Source: Bacteroidales bacterium (GTDB lineage: Bacteria; Bacteroidota; Bacteroidia; Bacteroidales; VadinHA17). Taken from it: a stretch of 64,000 nt of DNA. Each line of letters starts with the position of its first letter. Within the stretch, counting starts at the first letter, position 1. The stretch is from the NCBI GenBank assembly GCA_963676175.2, contig CAXXWV010000003.1:9239-73238 (forward strand), written 5' to 3'. Under the pieces are notes generated by a model that was not told the origin of the DNA, ran no database searches, and was given only the letters and a program-made list of their open reading frames with translations. Shown here piece by piece: positions 1 through 10,459 of the stretch. Both the position numbers and the translations under genes were made by a program.

Positions 1-1434
1 CTTCAGTTTCATGACAGTCTTGCCGGAACATCTCTCCCTGAACATTCTGAAGCCGCGCGAAACGGTCATGGTCATGCCATTGATGTCGCATCAACTGAAT
101 CAATGATGGCTGTTCAGAAACTGGAATGGCAAATACCGTCGAATGATCCTGAATCACAATATCTGATAGTGTTCAATCCGCATTCATGGGAAGTTAATCC
201 GGATATTGAATATGATATGAATGATATGCAGGGCGCTACAAGCCTGCAGAACGGCTCAGGTGTTGAGTTGCTGCACCAATGGAATCCGGGATCGACCGAA
301 ACAAGCCGCAAACGGATATTGTTTAATACAACTGTACCACCGCTTGGCTATACACAGATTAAAATATCTAAAGGGAATCCGCTTCTCGTTAAAAGCAGCC
401 TGAAAGCCGAAAACAATGTTATTGAAAATGCTTATTTCCGGATTGCATTCAGTAAAGATGGCTCGGCCTCTGTTTTCGATAAAGAGAATAACCATGATCT
501 GCTTGGCCCAAAGGGATTCCGGGCTGTTGTTATTAACGACCCGAGCGATACATGGAGCCATGATGTAAAAACATTTGCAGATGAAGTTGGCACCTTCAGC
601 GATGCTGTAATAAAAATAACTGAAAACGGACCAGTGAGAACGGTAGTCAGAGTGACAACTTCATACGGCGCCTCGAAACTGGTCATCGACTGGATATTAA
701 GCTCAGTTACCGGAAAAATTGAAGCAAGGGTATCTCTCGACTGGCATGAACACCTGAGGATGCTTAAATTCTCTTTCCCTGTAAATGTTGATTCTCCGGT
801 CGCTACATATGAAACGCCATACGGACATATAAAACGGGCAACAAACGGATATGAAGATCCAGGGCAACGCTGGATAGATGTTACAGGTCAGAAAGATACA
901 AAAACCTTCGGCTTATCTGTAATCAATGATGCAAAATATGGCTACAGCGTGAATGGCAGCGATATGCGCGTTTCTGTTGTCAGATCATCTCCTTTTGCAC
1001 ACCATGTTCCCAAAGTACTCGATCCTGCCGTTGAACATATTTGGATGGATCAGGGCATTCAGACCTTTAAAATGATACTTGTACCTCATTCCGGTGAACT
1101 GAACGAAAGCCTGGCGGCAAGAACTGCTGAAGAACTGATGGCTCCTCCGTCAGTAATGTACCAGGGTATTCACGGTGGCTCGCTTCCGGTAACAGGTTCT
1201 TTTCTGTCTCTTGATTCTCCCAATGTTATTATTTCTTCAATCAAGCTCGCGGAAAGCAATGACGATTTGATAATTAGATGTGTGGAAACGGCAGGAAAAT
1301 CATCACCGGCCGTTGTGGATCTGAAGTTCTGCGGTAAGAAGTGGACCGGAGAACTGAGACCATTCGAAATAAAAACTCTCAGGTATTCTCAAAAATCAGG
1401 TACAATAAAACCTGTGACTCTTCTGGAAGACTGA
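1..1434 (+). CDS. Glycoside hydrolase family 38 alpha-mannosidase, C-terminal part (5' end lies upstream of the window)
   Basis: Frame 1 is open from base 1 (LQFHDSLAGTS...) and is continuous with the listed 103..1434 ORF. The FHDxxxGTS-type motif and long beta-rich C-terminal region resemble GH38 enzymes. Assignment is by recollection, not search. Confidence 0.7.
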   Translation, partial: LQFHDSLAGTSLPEHSEAARNGHGHAIDVASTESMMAVQKLEWQIPSNDPESQYLIVFNPHSWEVNPDIEYDMNDMQGATSLQNGSGVELLHQWNPGSTETSRKRILFNTTVPPLGYTQIKISKGNPLLVKSSLKAENNVIENAYFRIAFSKDGSASVFDKENNHDLLGPKGFRAVVINDPSDTWSHDVKTFADEVGTFSDAVIKITENGPVRTVVRVTTSYGASKLVIDWILSSVTGKIEARVSLDWHEHLRMLKFSFPVNVDSPVATYETPYGHIKRATNGYEDPGQRWIDVTGQKDTKTFGLSVINDAKYGYSVNGSDMRVSVVRSSPFAHHVPKVLDPAVEHIWMDQGIQTFKMILVPHSGELNESLAARTAEELMAPPSVMYQGIHGGSLPVTGSFLSLDSPNVIISSIKLAESNDDLIIRCVETAGKSSPAVVDLKFCGKKWTGELRPFEIKTLRYSQKSGTIKPVTLLED

Positions 1435-1521
1435 GAAGAACATGGAAACAAATCATTAACAATTGAGATAGATCATGAGTGGTTCCGGATTTTATTCACT
1501 GCGCATTAAATAATTCGTTGT

Positions 1522-3426
1522 ATGACACGGGAAGAACTTGGGAAGCTGCTTGATGACATCAGTTCGGCAAGAATAGCGGTTATAGGGGATTTCTGCCTTG
1601 ATGCCTACTGGTTCATCGATGAGGCAATGAGCGAAATATCTGTTGAGACCAATCAGGCTACCAGGCCTGTTGCAAAACAGCGTTATTCGCTTGGAGGCGC
1701 TGGGAATGTTACCAATAACCTTGCTGCCCTGGGAGTCCGGAACGTGATGGCATTTGGTGTGATCGGCACCGACCCCTTTGGAACCGAGATGGTCAGAATA
1801 ATGACCGAAACCGGTATTAATGCCGATAACCTGCTGGTGCAGGAGAATGATTGGTCAACACATACGTATGCAAAACCTTATATCGATGACAGGGAGCTTA
1901 ACCGGGTCGATTTCGGGAATTATAATGTGCTTTCTGCAGATACCGCCGGGAAACTTCTTAATAACCTTGTGAAGCTGATTCCTGATGTCGATCTGATCAT
2001 TATCAACCAACAGGTTCCTTCAGGTATACATACTGAGTATTTCAGGTCGTTGCTGGCAGATGTGATTAAGAAATTCCCTGATAAGGTTTTTATTGTTGAC
2101 AGCCGTAATTATAATGATTTCTACAGCGGTGCAGTAAGAAAAATGAATGATACTGAGGCTGTCAGACTTTGCGGTATCTTAAGAAAACCAGATGATACGG
2201 TCCCGTATGAAGAGGTGGTTTCATCTGCTGAACAACTTTACAGGCGCTATGGCAAGCCTCTTTTTGTTACAAGGGGCAGCAGAGGGTCAATAACTGTTGA
2301 TGGCAAAGGCATTTCCGATGTTCCTGGCCTGATGATCCTCTCCAGGGTGGATACCGTTGGTGCGGGCGATAGTTACCTCGCCGGTGCTGCATCAGCGCTC
2401 GCGGCCGGGTACGGGATGAACGATGCGGCAACGCTTGGAACATTTGTTGCAGGTGTTACAGTTCAGAAACTGTTTCAGACCGGTACTGCCACCCCTGAAG
2501 AAGTAATGGCAATCGGAGGTGATCCTGATTTTGTCTTTTCGGCTGAACTGTCAGATGACAGACGCCAGGCGAAATATCTTGGTGACTCTGAAATTGAGAT
2601 AATCCATAAATGGGCAGAAAAACCTGCTGTTGAATATGCAATATTTGATCATGACGGAACTTTATCCACTCTTCGTGAAGGCTGGGAAAATATAATGTCT
2701 CCTGTCATGATCAAAGCGGTACTTGGCAATAAATACCAGGATGCAGATGAGTCATTACTAAGGAAAGTAAGCGATAGAATAACTGAATTTATTGATAAAA
2801 CCACAGGCATTCAGACACTGGTGCAGATGAAGGGGCTGCTTGATATTATCAGGGAGTTCGGCTGCGTTTCCGTGGATGAGATGCTTGATGAATTCGGTTA
2901 TAAGAAGATATATAACGATGAACTTCTTAAGATGGTCCGGGAACGTGAGCAGAAATTTGCACGCGGGGAACTTTCATTGGAAGATCTGACTATGAAGAAC
3001 GCCATACCTTTCCTGAAAAAATTGTATAACGCAGGCATAAAACTTTATCTTGCCAGTGGCACTGATGTGGAAGACGTGGCGGGAGAAGCAAAGGCTCTTG
3101 GTTATGATTCGCTGTTTGAGGGAAGGATATACGGAGCTGTAGGGGATATAAAAAAAGAGGCAAAAAAAATAGTGCTCGACAGGATACTTGATTCGATCGG
3201 ATCGTCCGCTTCTTTTAAGGTCGTGACCTTTGGCGATGGACCGGTGGAAATCCGTGAAACCCGTAAAAGAGGTGGTATCTCAATAGGTGTTGCAAGTAAT
3301 GAACTACGACGTTACGGACTTAATGAAAGCAAACGTACAAGGCTTGTCAGAGCAGGCGCTGATGTAATAATTCCTGATTTTTCCCAGTCCGACCGGCTGC
3401 TTGAAGTGTTGAATATCAAACATTAG
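1522..3426 (+). CDS. Fusion protein: PfkB/ribokinase-family sugar kinase (RfaE domain-I-like) plus C-terminal HAD-superfamily hydrolase
   Basis: 634-aa ORF. The N-terminal half has the PfkB signature DTVGAGDSYLAG. The C-terminal half has HAD motif I FDHDGTL and a late GDGPVE motif. Confidence 0.7.
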   Translation: MTREELGKLLDDISSARIAVIGDFCLDAYWFIDEAMSEISVETNQATRPVAKQRYSLGGAGNVTNNLAALGVRNVMAFGVIGTDPFGTEMVRIMTETGINADNLLVQENDWSTHTYAKPYIDDRELNRVDFGNYNVLSADTAGKLLNNLVKLIPDVDLIIINQQVPSGIHTEYFRSLLADVIKKFPDKVFIVDSRNYNDFYSGAVRKMNDTEAVRLCGILRKPDDTVPYEEVVSSAEQLYRRYGKPLFVTRGSRGSITVDGKGISDVPGLMILSRVDTVGAGDSYLAGAASALAAGYGMNDAATLGTFVAGVTVQKLFQTGTATPEEVMAIGGDPDFVFSAELSDDRRQAKYLGDSEIEIIHKWAEKPAVEYAIFDHDGTLSTLREGWENIMSPVMIKAVLGNKYQDADESLLRKVSDRITEFIDKTTGIQTLVQMKGLLDIIREFGCVSVDEMLDEFGYKKIYNDELLKMVREREQKFARGELSLEDLTMKNAIPFLKKLYNAGIKLYLASGTDVEDVAGEAKALGYDSLFEGRIYGAVGDIKKEAKKIVLDRILDSIGSSASFKVVTFGDGPVEIRETRKRGGISIGVASNELRRYGLNESKRTRLVRAGADVIIPDFSQSDRLLEVLNIKH

Positions 3427-3429
3427 CTT

Positions 3430-4539
3430 ATGCCATACAATAAATTTGACAGGGATAAGCTTATTGTCAGGTCATTGGGGGAGAGAAAGAATAAGATCCT
3501 GATCGAAACATCTCATGTTCCTGTTGATTCCATGCCTGCCGGACTGACAACTGCCGGATACTCCATCATACGGCAGACAGCAGAAAAGATAAGGGAGGCA
3601 AGATCAGAAAACAGATCGGTCATTCTCGCTTTCGGAGCACATACAATAAAGAACGGCATGTCTCCGACACTGATCGCACTCATGGAAGAAGGGTGGGTGA
3701 CCCATCTTGCTACCAACGGGGCCGGCATTATTCACGACTGGGAATTTGCTTTCCAGGGAAAATCGAGCGAGGACGTAAAAGAAAATGTGAGACTTGGCCA
3801 GTTTGGCATCTGGGATGAAACAGGATTCTATATCAACCTGGCTCTTATATCAGGCGCTTATGAACGGTCAGGATACGGGGAATCTGTCGGCAAGATGATC
3901 TCCCTTGAGGGCCTGGATATTCCTGATCCCGAATTTCTCAGGGATGAAGCCGATAGTCTCTTTAATTGCGATCCTTCCCGGGCTGCAGCCGCGATCGATT
4001 TTGCAGGAACGATTAGAAAATTTAAGCTTTCCCCTGGATTCCTGAATATCCCTCATCCTTTTAAAAAATACTCGGCCCAGTGCAGGGCATATGAGCTCAG
4101 GATCCCATTTACCGGGCATCCTATGATCGGCCATGATATTATCTATAACCATCCTGCCAATGTCGGAGCTGCTGTGGGCAGAACGGCGCTCAATGATTTT
4201 CTGTGCTTTACTGAAAGTGTGAAGAATATCGATAAAGGTGTTTATATGTCAGTGGGATCTGCAGTTATGTCTCCCATGATATTCGAAAAAGCTCTGTCGA
4301 TGTGCCAGAATATTGCAATAAGCGAGAACAGACATATTGATAATCATTTTATTCTCGTGGTTGACCTCGCTTATTCCGACTGGGACTGGCAAAAGGATGG
4401 CGAACCGCCAATGGACAATCCGGCTTATTACCTGAGATATTGTAAAACATTCAGCAGAATGGGCGGAGAGATGCATTATCTTACTGCAGATAACAGAGAT
4501 TTCCTTCTTGCACTTTATCATGAACTTCACAGAGACTAA
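3430..4539 (+). CDS. Conserved hypothetical protein, family not recognised
   Basis: 369-aa ORF starting 3 nt after the kinase-HAD stop, which suggests a coupled operon. It contains the conserved-looking block GAHTIKNGMSPTLIALMEEGWVTHLATNGAGIIHDWEF. No signal peptide. Confidence 0.55.
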   Translation: MPYNKFDRDKLIVRSLGERKNKILIETSHVPVDSMPAGLTTAGYSIIRQTAEKIREARSENRSVILAFGAHTIKNGMSPTLIALMEEGWVTHLATNGAGIIHDWEFAFQGKSSEDVKENVRLGQFGIWDETGFYINLALISGAYERSGYGESVGKMISLEGLDIPDPEFLRDEADSLFNCDPSRAAAAIDFAGTIRKFKLSPGFLNIPHPFKKYSAQCRAYELRIPFTGHPMIGHDIIYNHPANVGAAVGRTALNDFLCFTESVKNIDKGVYMSVGSAVMSPMIFEKALSMCQNIAISENRHIDNHFILVVDLAYSDWDWQKDGEPPMDNPAYYLRYCKTFSRMGGEMHYLTADNRDFLLALYHELHRD

Positions 4540-4562
4540 TTAACCATTTTATTCTTCAGACA

Positions 4563-5840
4563 ATGAAAACAGAAGAGCTTATTGCATTGAGAAATGAAGC
4601 AGAAAACCATCTTCTTGATGAATTGATTCCATTCTGGGTCAGCAGGATGGTTGATAAAGCTAACGGCGGATTCCTGACCCACTTTGACAAGGATGGCAAT
4701 GATTCAGGTGAGGATGAGAAATCCCTGATTGCCCAGGCCAGGTGCCTTTACTCAATGTCTTCAGCTCACAGAGCCGGCTATGGTCAAGGACAATTTGCTG
4801 AGATCGCAAAACATGGCGCAGATTTTCTGATAAACCGAATGTGGGACGATAAATTTGGAGGATTTTATTGGATGATGGACCGCAAAGGGAATGTTAAGAT
4901 CGATCAGAAAATTGTCTATGGTCTTAGTTTTGCCATATATTCAATGAGCGAATATACCCTTGCAACGGGTGATCCGAGAGGCCGGGAATATGCTGAAAAA
5001 ACATTCGATCTCCTGCAAAAATACAGTGTAGATTCAATGTATGGCGGTTACTGGGAAATGTTCCACCGCGACTGGACTCTGAAAGGAACTGGAAGCGCTG
5101 GTGGCGACCGTAAAACACTTGATGTCCATATGCACCTCATGGAGGCATTTACTACACTGTATGAATGTACAGGCCTCGATGTTCACAAAAGGAAGCTCCA
5201 GGAAGACATAGACCTGCTTATTCACAGGATAATACATCCAAGATACAAAACCGGTATTCCCCAGTTCTATAAAGATTGGACTGTTGCACCTCAGATCAAA
5301 TTTGATATTATCTGGGGCTGGGACAGATTCAATCCCGACGGATTGAAAGGAAATGCAACTGATAATACTGCATACGGGCACAATGCAGAATTCGGATGGC
5401 TGCTTATTCACGCGCTGAATATCATGAAAAGGGATGTATCTGCCTACACTGACCTGCTCAGGATCGTATTCGATCATACACTTAATAATGGTATTGATTT
5501 TGAATATGGCGGAGTTTATGTGGAAGGGCCACACTCAGGTGGTGTCTATGATAAGGAAAAAGAGTTCTGGCAACAGGCTGAGGTTCTTATCGGAATGCTG
5601 GACGCAGCAATACTTTTCAGGGATGATAAATATCTGAAAGCATATGAATGCGTGCATCGTTTTGTCTTCGATAAAATGATAAATAAAGGAGTAGGTGAGT
5701 GGTATCCTCTCATGACAAGACAGGGTGATCCTATCTGGACTCATATGAGCCATTCCTGGAAAATCAATTACCATACAATCCGAGGCATGATCCAGAGCAT
5801 AAACCGCCTGAATAAGCTTATTGAGATGACCGGTAAATGA
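4563..5840 (+). CDS. AGE-family (N-acylglucosamine 2-epimerase / cellobiose-mannobiose 2-epimerase / aldose-ketose isomerase) protein
   Basis: 425 aa. The N-terminus LIPFWVSRMVDKANGGFLTHFDKDG and the repeated aromatic-rich alpha/alpha-barrel pattern are typical of the AGE superfamily. Confidence 0.8.
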   Translation: MKTEELIALRNEAENHLLDELIPFWVSRMVDKANGGFLTHFDKDGNDSGEDEKSLIAQARCLYSMSSAHRAGYGQGQFAEIAKHGADFLINRMWDDKFGGFYWMMDRKGNVKIDQKIVYGLSFAIYSMSEYTLATGDPRGREYAEKTFDLLQKYSVDSMYGGYWEMFHRDWTLKGTGSAGGDRKTLDVHMHLMEAFTTLYECTGLDVHKRKLQEDIDLLIHRIIHPRYKTGIPQFYKDWTVAPQIKFDIIWGWDRFNPDGLKGNATDNTAYGHNAEFGWLLIHALNIMKRDVSAYTDLLRIVFDHTLNNGIDFEYGGVYVEGPHSGGVYDKEKEFWQQAEVLIGMLDAAILFRDDKYLKAYECVHRFVFDKMINKGVGEWYPLMTRQGDPIWTHMSHSWKINYHTIRGMIQSINRLNKLIEMTGK

Positions 5841-6049
5841 GTTTCTGAATGATAATTCAGATGCCTGTTGTATTTTGAGAAATTCTCCGGTATATTCTGC
5901 TTACACTTTCCGGATTGACATTTATACCCGATGCATTGCATTACAGTTTTATCGTTCGGGAATTATCATTCATAGCATTTTACCGGTTGGACCGTGATAA
6001 AAATTTTTAATACTAACTTTAGCAGACTAAACTTTTAACCGTATTCGGA

Positions 6050-8749
6050 ATGAAAAGAACATTAATTAGTTCGGTTGTGACAATCCTGGCGGTTGCTTCA
6101 CTTATGACTGTCAGCTCATGCTCAGATAACGGGAATATTGTTGCTTCAAGAGTTGAAGTTCTGTCTTCCGGATGGAAGATGTTCCCCTCAGAAAAGCTGA
6201 AGGATGGAGGAGATAATCTGATTTCAACAGTTGATTTTAATGATGATTCCTGGTATGACGCTGTTATACCCGGTACGGTACTCGGAAGTCTGGCAGCTAA
6301 AAAAGTGATCGACGATCCTTATTTCGGAATAAATATGCAGAAAGTTGATCCTGCACAGTTCAGACAGCCTTGGTGGTTCAGGAAAACATTTGATCTTGCT
6401 TCAGGCGACAGGAATAAGAAAGTTTCTCTGCGGTTTAATGGAATAAATTACAGGGCCGATCTCTTTGTAAACGGACAGAAGGTTGCAGGTAAAGAAGAGT
6501 TTGCCGGTGCATTCAGAATGTTCAGTTTCGATATTACCCAATTTGTGAAAGAGGGGAAAAACACTCTCGCGCTAAAATTATGGCAGCACGCGGATGGTGA
6601 ATACTCTATCGGATTCGTTGACTGGAACCCTCTTCCTGTCGACAGAAATCTGGGCATCTTCAGAGAAGTCTCTCTGGAAGTGAACGATGGAATTAAAATA
6701 AGAAGCCCCTTCGTTTATTCAAAAGTTAATACCGAGACTCTAAAGGACGCTGATCTGTTCATTCAGTCAGAGGTTACAAACAGCGGAAAGGAAAAAATTT
6801 CAGGAACAGTGAAGGTTGATTATTCCCTTGGTGTTGTCGAAAAAAAGGTTCAGATCAATCCTGGGGAAACTATTACATGCATCTTCTCACCGGAAGATTA
6901 TCCCCAGCTTAAGGTGAAAAATGTAAATCTCTGGTGGCCTAATGGGATGGGAAATCCTGACCTTTACCAGATTAGTGTCGAATTTGCGCGCGGCAGCAGG
7001 GTGTTCGACAAGGTGACAAAGAACTACGGCATCAGGGAGGTGAAAAGTTACCTGGATACGCGTAAGAATCGTGTGTTCGAGCTAAATGGTAAATTCGTCC
7101 TGATCAAAGGAGGCGGATGGACTGATGATCTTCTGCTTCAGGATACAAAAGAATCGGTTGAGGCCCAGCTGAGATATGTAAAACATATGAACATGAACAG
7201 CATCAGAATGGAAGGGTTCTGGGGCAAGGACAACAATATTTATGATCTCTGCGACCAGTATGGCATACTTGTGATGGTCGGCTGGAGCTGCCATTGGGAA
7301 TGGACTGAATATCTTCTGAAACCATGCGATGAAAAATATGGCGGTGCAGTTTCTGCTGAAGATATTTCTCTGATCTCTCAGTCGTTTTTTGATCAGCTTA
7401 TGTGGTTGCGTAATCATCCTTCCATTTATGTATGGATGACTGGAAGCGATAAACTTCCGGCACCTGACCTTGAAAGAAAATATATTGATATCCTGAAGAA
7501 ATATGATCCTTCAAGATCTTATATTACTTCCGCGGGAGGCGCTCATACAGAGGATAATAAGATAGTGGCGTCAGTACCTCTTGTAAGCGATCTCAGTGGC
7601 CCCACAGGCATGAAAATGTTAGGGCCGTATGATTTCACTCCACCAGCTTACTGGTTTACCGATACTCTTCTTGGCGGAGGCTACGGGTTCAATACAGAAA
7701 CATGCCCCGGACCAAGCATCCCGCCTCTTGCCTCACTGAAGAAAATGCTGCCAGGGGAAAGCCTGTGGCCCATCGATAAGAAATACTGGGAATTCCATAC
7801 CGGCAGAAATCAGTTTACTACTCTCGACCGTTATCGTAAAGCGTTATCTTCAAGATATGGAGAATCTCACAGTGTTGAAGAATTCGCATATAAATGCCAG
7901 GTAAGCAATTATGAAGTCATGAGACCTATGTTTGAAGCCTTCGTGGCAAACAAACCTGTAAGCACCGGACTTATTCAGTGGAAGCTGAATTCCGCATGGC
8001 CCGATATGATCTGGCAGCTTTATGATACATATCTTGAACCAAACGGATCATTCTACGCGACCAGAAAAGCCTGTACCCCGTTGCACGCCATCTACCGTTA
8101 CGGATTCGATGATATATATCTGGGAAATGAAGATCTGCATGAAGCAAAGGGACTGACAGTGAAGATAAGAGCGTTTGATCTGAATGCAAAAGAGATCTTT
8201 TCAGACAAATGGTCAGGAGACATAAGTTCAAACCAGTCTAAATTCATTTTTAAACTACCGGAAATAAAAGGTCTTACTCCTGTCTGGTTCCTCGATCTGA
8301 GGATCTTTGATAAGGATAATAATGAGGTTGATAACAGCATATACTGGATCTCCACGAAGAAGGATGTCCTCGATTATGAAGCTGCTAAAAAACTGCCCTG
8401 GGCTTTCTACACACCTACCAGTCAGTATGCCGATTACACGGCTCTCGACCGTCTTCCGAAGGTGAAATTGGAATTTAATTACCAGTTTACCAGTGCAAAT
8501 GAATTCGGTGAAATAACACTTAAGGTTAAAAATCCGACTGCGTCAATTGCTTTTTGCTTATATCTTGATGTGACAGACCCTTCAACGCAAAAACCAATAC
8601 TCCCTGTTTTCTGGAGTGATAATTATGTTACTTTACTGCCTGGAGAGGAAAGAACATATACCGCAAAATATTTTCCGCGGGATGCTGCGACAGGAAAACC
8701 TGTCGTGAACGTCAATGGCTGGAATGTTGACATGGTGACATGCAACTGA
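6050..8749 (+). CDS. Glycoside hydrolase family 2 lipoprotein (beta-mannosidase / exo-beta-glucosaminidase-like)
   Basis: 899 aa. Lipoprotein signal (..LMTVSSC). N-terminal sugar-binding-domain pattern WYDAVIPGTVLGSL...DPYFGINM...WWFRKTF and a central TIM-barrel region. Confidence 0.75.
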   Translation: MKRTLISSVVTILAVASLMTVSSCSDNGNIVASRVEVLSSGWKMFPSEKLKDGGDNLISTVDFNDDSWYDAVIPGTVLGSLAAKKVIDDPYFGINMQKVDPAQFRQPWWFRKTFDLASGDRNKKVSLRFNGINYRADLFVNGQKVAGKEEFAGAFRMFSFDITQFVKEGKNTLALKLWQHADGEYSIGFVDWNPLPVDRNLGIFREVSLEVNDGIKIRSPFVYSKVNTETLKDADLFIQSEVTNSGKEKISGTVKVDYSLGVVEKKVQINPGETITCIFSPEDYPQLKVKNVNLWWPNGMGNPDLYQISVEFARGSRVFDKVTKNYGIREVKSYLDTRKNRVFELNGKFVLIKGGGWTDDLLLQDTKESVEAQLRYVKHMNMNSIRMEGFWGKDNNIYDLCDQYGILVMVGWSCHWEWTEYLLKPCDEKYGGAVSAEDISLISQSFFDQLMWLRNHPSIYVWMTGSDKLPAPDLERKYIDILKKYDPSRSYITSAGGAHTEDNKIVASVPLVSDLSGPTGMKMLGPYDFTPPAYWFTDTLLGGGYGFNTETCPGPSIPPLASLKKMLPGESLWPIDKKYWEFHTGRNQFTTLDRYRKALSSRYGESHSVEEFAYKCQVSNYEVMRPMFEAFVANKPVSTGLIQWKLNSAWPDMIWQLYDTYLEPNGSFYATRKACTPLHAIYRYGFDDIYLGNEDLHEAKGLTVKIRAFDLNAKEIFSDKWSGDISSNQSKFIFKLPEIKGLTPVWFLDLRIFDKDNNEVDNSIYWISTKKDVLDYEAAKKLPWAFYTPTSQYADYTALDRLPKVKLEFNYQFTSANEFGEITLKVKNPTASIAFCLYLDVTDPSTQKPILPVFWSDNYVTLLPGEERTYTAKYFPRDAATGKPVVNVNGWNVDMVTCN

Positions 8750-8812
8750 TATCTGACGGTTTTACGCAAGCTTAGGATTTAATTTATCTGATTTTCATGA
8801 AGGATTGAAATT

Positions 8813-10090
8813 ATGAGTGAACTGGCAATAAAAGGAGGAAAACCTGTCAGGGATATATCTAAAAATCCCTGGCCGACATGGCCTGTATGGGACAGGAACG
8901 AGGAAAAGGCGCTGATTGATACGCTACACAGTGGTATCTGGTCATACAACGGACCTAAGGAAATAGAATTCAATAAACGTTTTGCTGAATATTCCGGGGC
9001 AAAGTATGTTCTTTCTGCCGCTAATGGAACTGTTACTCTGCAGATGGCTCTTGAAGCCTGTGGAATCGGACTTGGCGACGAGGTTATTCTTCCTGGCCTC
9101 ACTTGGCAGGCTACTGCTGCAACAGTGCTCGATGTAAATGCAACACCCGTGCTCGTTGATGTTTGCGAAGATACCTGGTGCATCAATCCTGCCGAAATTC
9201 AAAAAGCTATTACTCCAAGGACTAAGGCAATAATTGCAGTTCATCTCTATGGATGTTTTGCTGATATGGATGAAATACTCAAAATAGCCAGAGAACATAA
9301 CCTTTTTGTTATTGAGGATTGTGCCCATAAACATGGTGGTGAGTGGGATGGTAAAAAAGCCGGAACAATCGGAGATATCGGTAGCTTCAGCCTTCAGTTG
9401 TCAAAACATCTGACTGCCGGAGAGGGTGGTATACTTACTACTAACAGGTTCGACCTGTATGAACGTCTTGATGCCCTCAGGAATTGCGGCAGACGCCCTG
9501 AACCACCCGATCTTGGCGATGTAAACAAAGGCGAAGGACAGTATTTTGATCAGGGTAACTTCCTCCAGTCAGGAAATTACAGGATCACCGAATTTCAGGC
9601 CGCCATACTGGTAGAAGGTCTGAAACGTCTTCCTGAACAAAACAGACTGAGAGACAGAAATGCTGTTTACCTTAACAGTCTTATTGCAAAAATTCCCGGA
9701 ATATCTCCCATGCGCCGCGACAAAAGAGAAACACAGGAGGCATATTATAATTTTTCCTTCAGATTCGATAGTAATTTGTTCCGTGGCCTGCCCGTGAAAA
9801 AATTCAGGGAAGCGCTTACAGCTGAACTTGGAATAGAAGTCGCACCAAGTTATATACCGCTGAATAAATGTTCTTTATATGTGCCACATACCAAACCTTC
9901 AAGACATAAGCTAAATGATGAATACTGGCAGGCTATTGATCCTGCAAGATTCCAGTTACAGGTTTGTGACAGGATCCATTTTGAACAATCCGCCTGTATT
10001 CATCATAAAATACTGATGGGAGATCTGAAGGATATGGATCTGGTAGCTGAAGCTATAAATAAAATCTATGAGCATGCAAGTCAGATGTGA
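8813..10090 (+). CDS. DegT/DnrJ/EryC1/StrS-family PLP aminotransferase, long StsC/BtrS-like subtype
   Basis: 425 aa. N-terminal WPTWPVWDRNEEKAL..L.SG.W motif, GDEVILP, and a PLP-lysine context SLQLSKHLTAGEGG. Confidence 0.85.
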   Translation: MSELAIKGGKPVRDISKNPWPTWPVWDRNEEKALIDTLHSGIWSYNGPKEIEFNKRFAEYSGAKYVLSAANGTVTLQMALEACGIGLGDEVILPGLTWQATAATVLDVNATPVLVDVCEDTWCINPAEIQKAITPRTKAIIAVHLYGCFADMDEILKIAREHNLFVIEDCAHKHGGEWDGKKAGTIGDIGSFSLQLSKHLTAGEGGILTTNRFDLYERLDALRNCGRRPEPPDLGDVNKGEGQYFDQGNFLQSGNYRITEFQAAILVEGLKRLPEQNRLRDRNAVYLNSLIAKIPGISPMRRDKRETQEAYYNFSFRFDSNLFRGLPVKKFREALTAELGIEVAPSYIPLNKCSLYVPHTKPSRHKLNDEYWQAIDPARFQLQVCDRIHFEQSACIHHKILMGDLKDMDLVAEAINKIYEHASQM

Positions 10091-10459
10091 TCCTGAAATT
10101 CTTTCCTCGGATTGCCCTCTTTATCTATCCATTGCCGTAGCAACAGTATTCTCCTGAATTCATCTGTTTCACCATGGGAAATTGTATCCTGACGGTATTT
10201 ATTTTTACAATGCTCAACTTTGGATGAGTTAAGATCTTCCCCGGATTGAAACTAAGGTGGGGATTAAGGAAGGATTGGATACCTCAACCTGTTCTCTTTT
10301 CCTGAATCATGCAGCAAAATTTGCAAAACCATAGTAAGGATTTGGACTTTCATAATCTTTTTTTTGAATTTTGATATATATACTTAACTTTTGTTCCGAA
10401 ATTTGTTGTTAACGGGTTTTAGCATTCTGAAGTTTAAATTCCGATTAAAAACTGTACTC

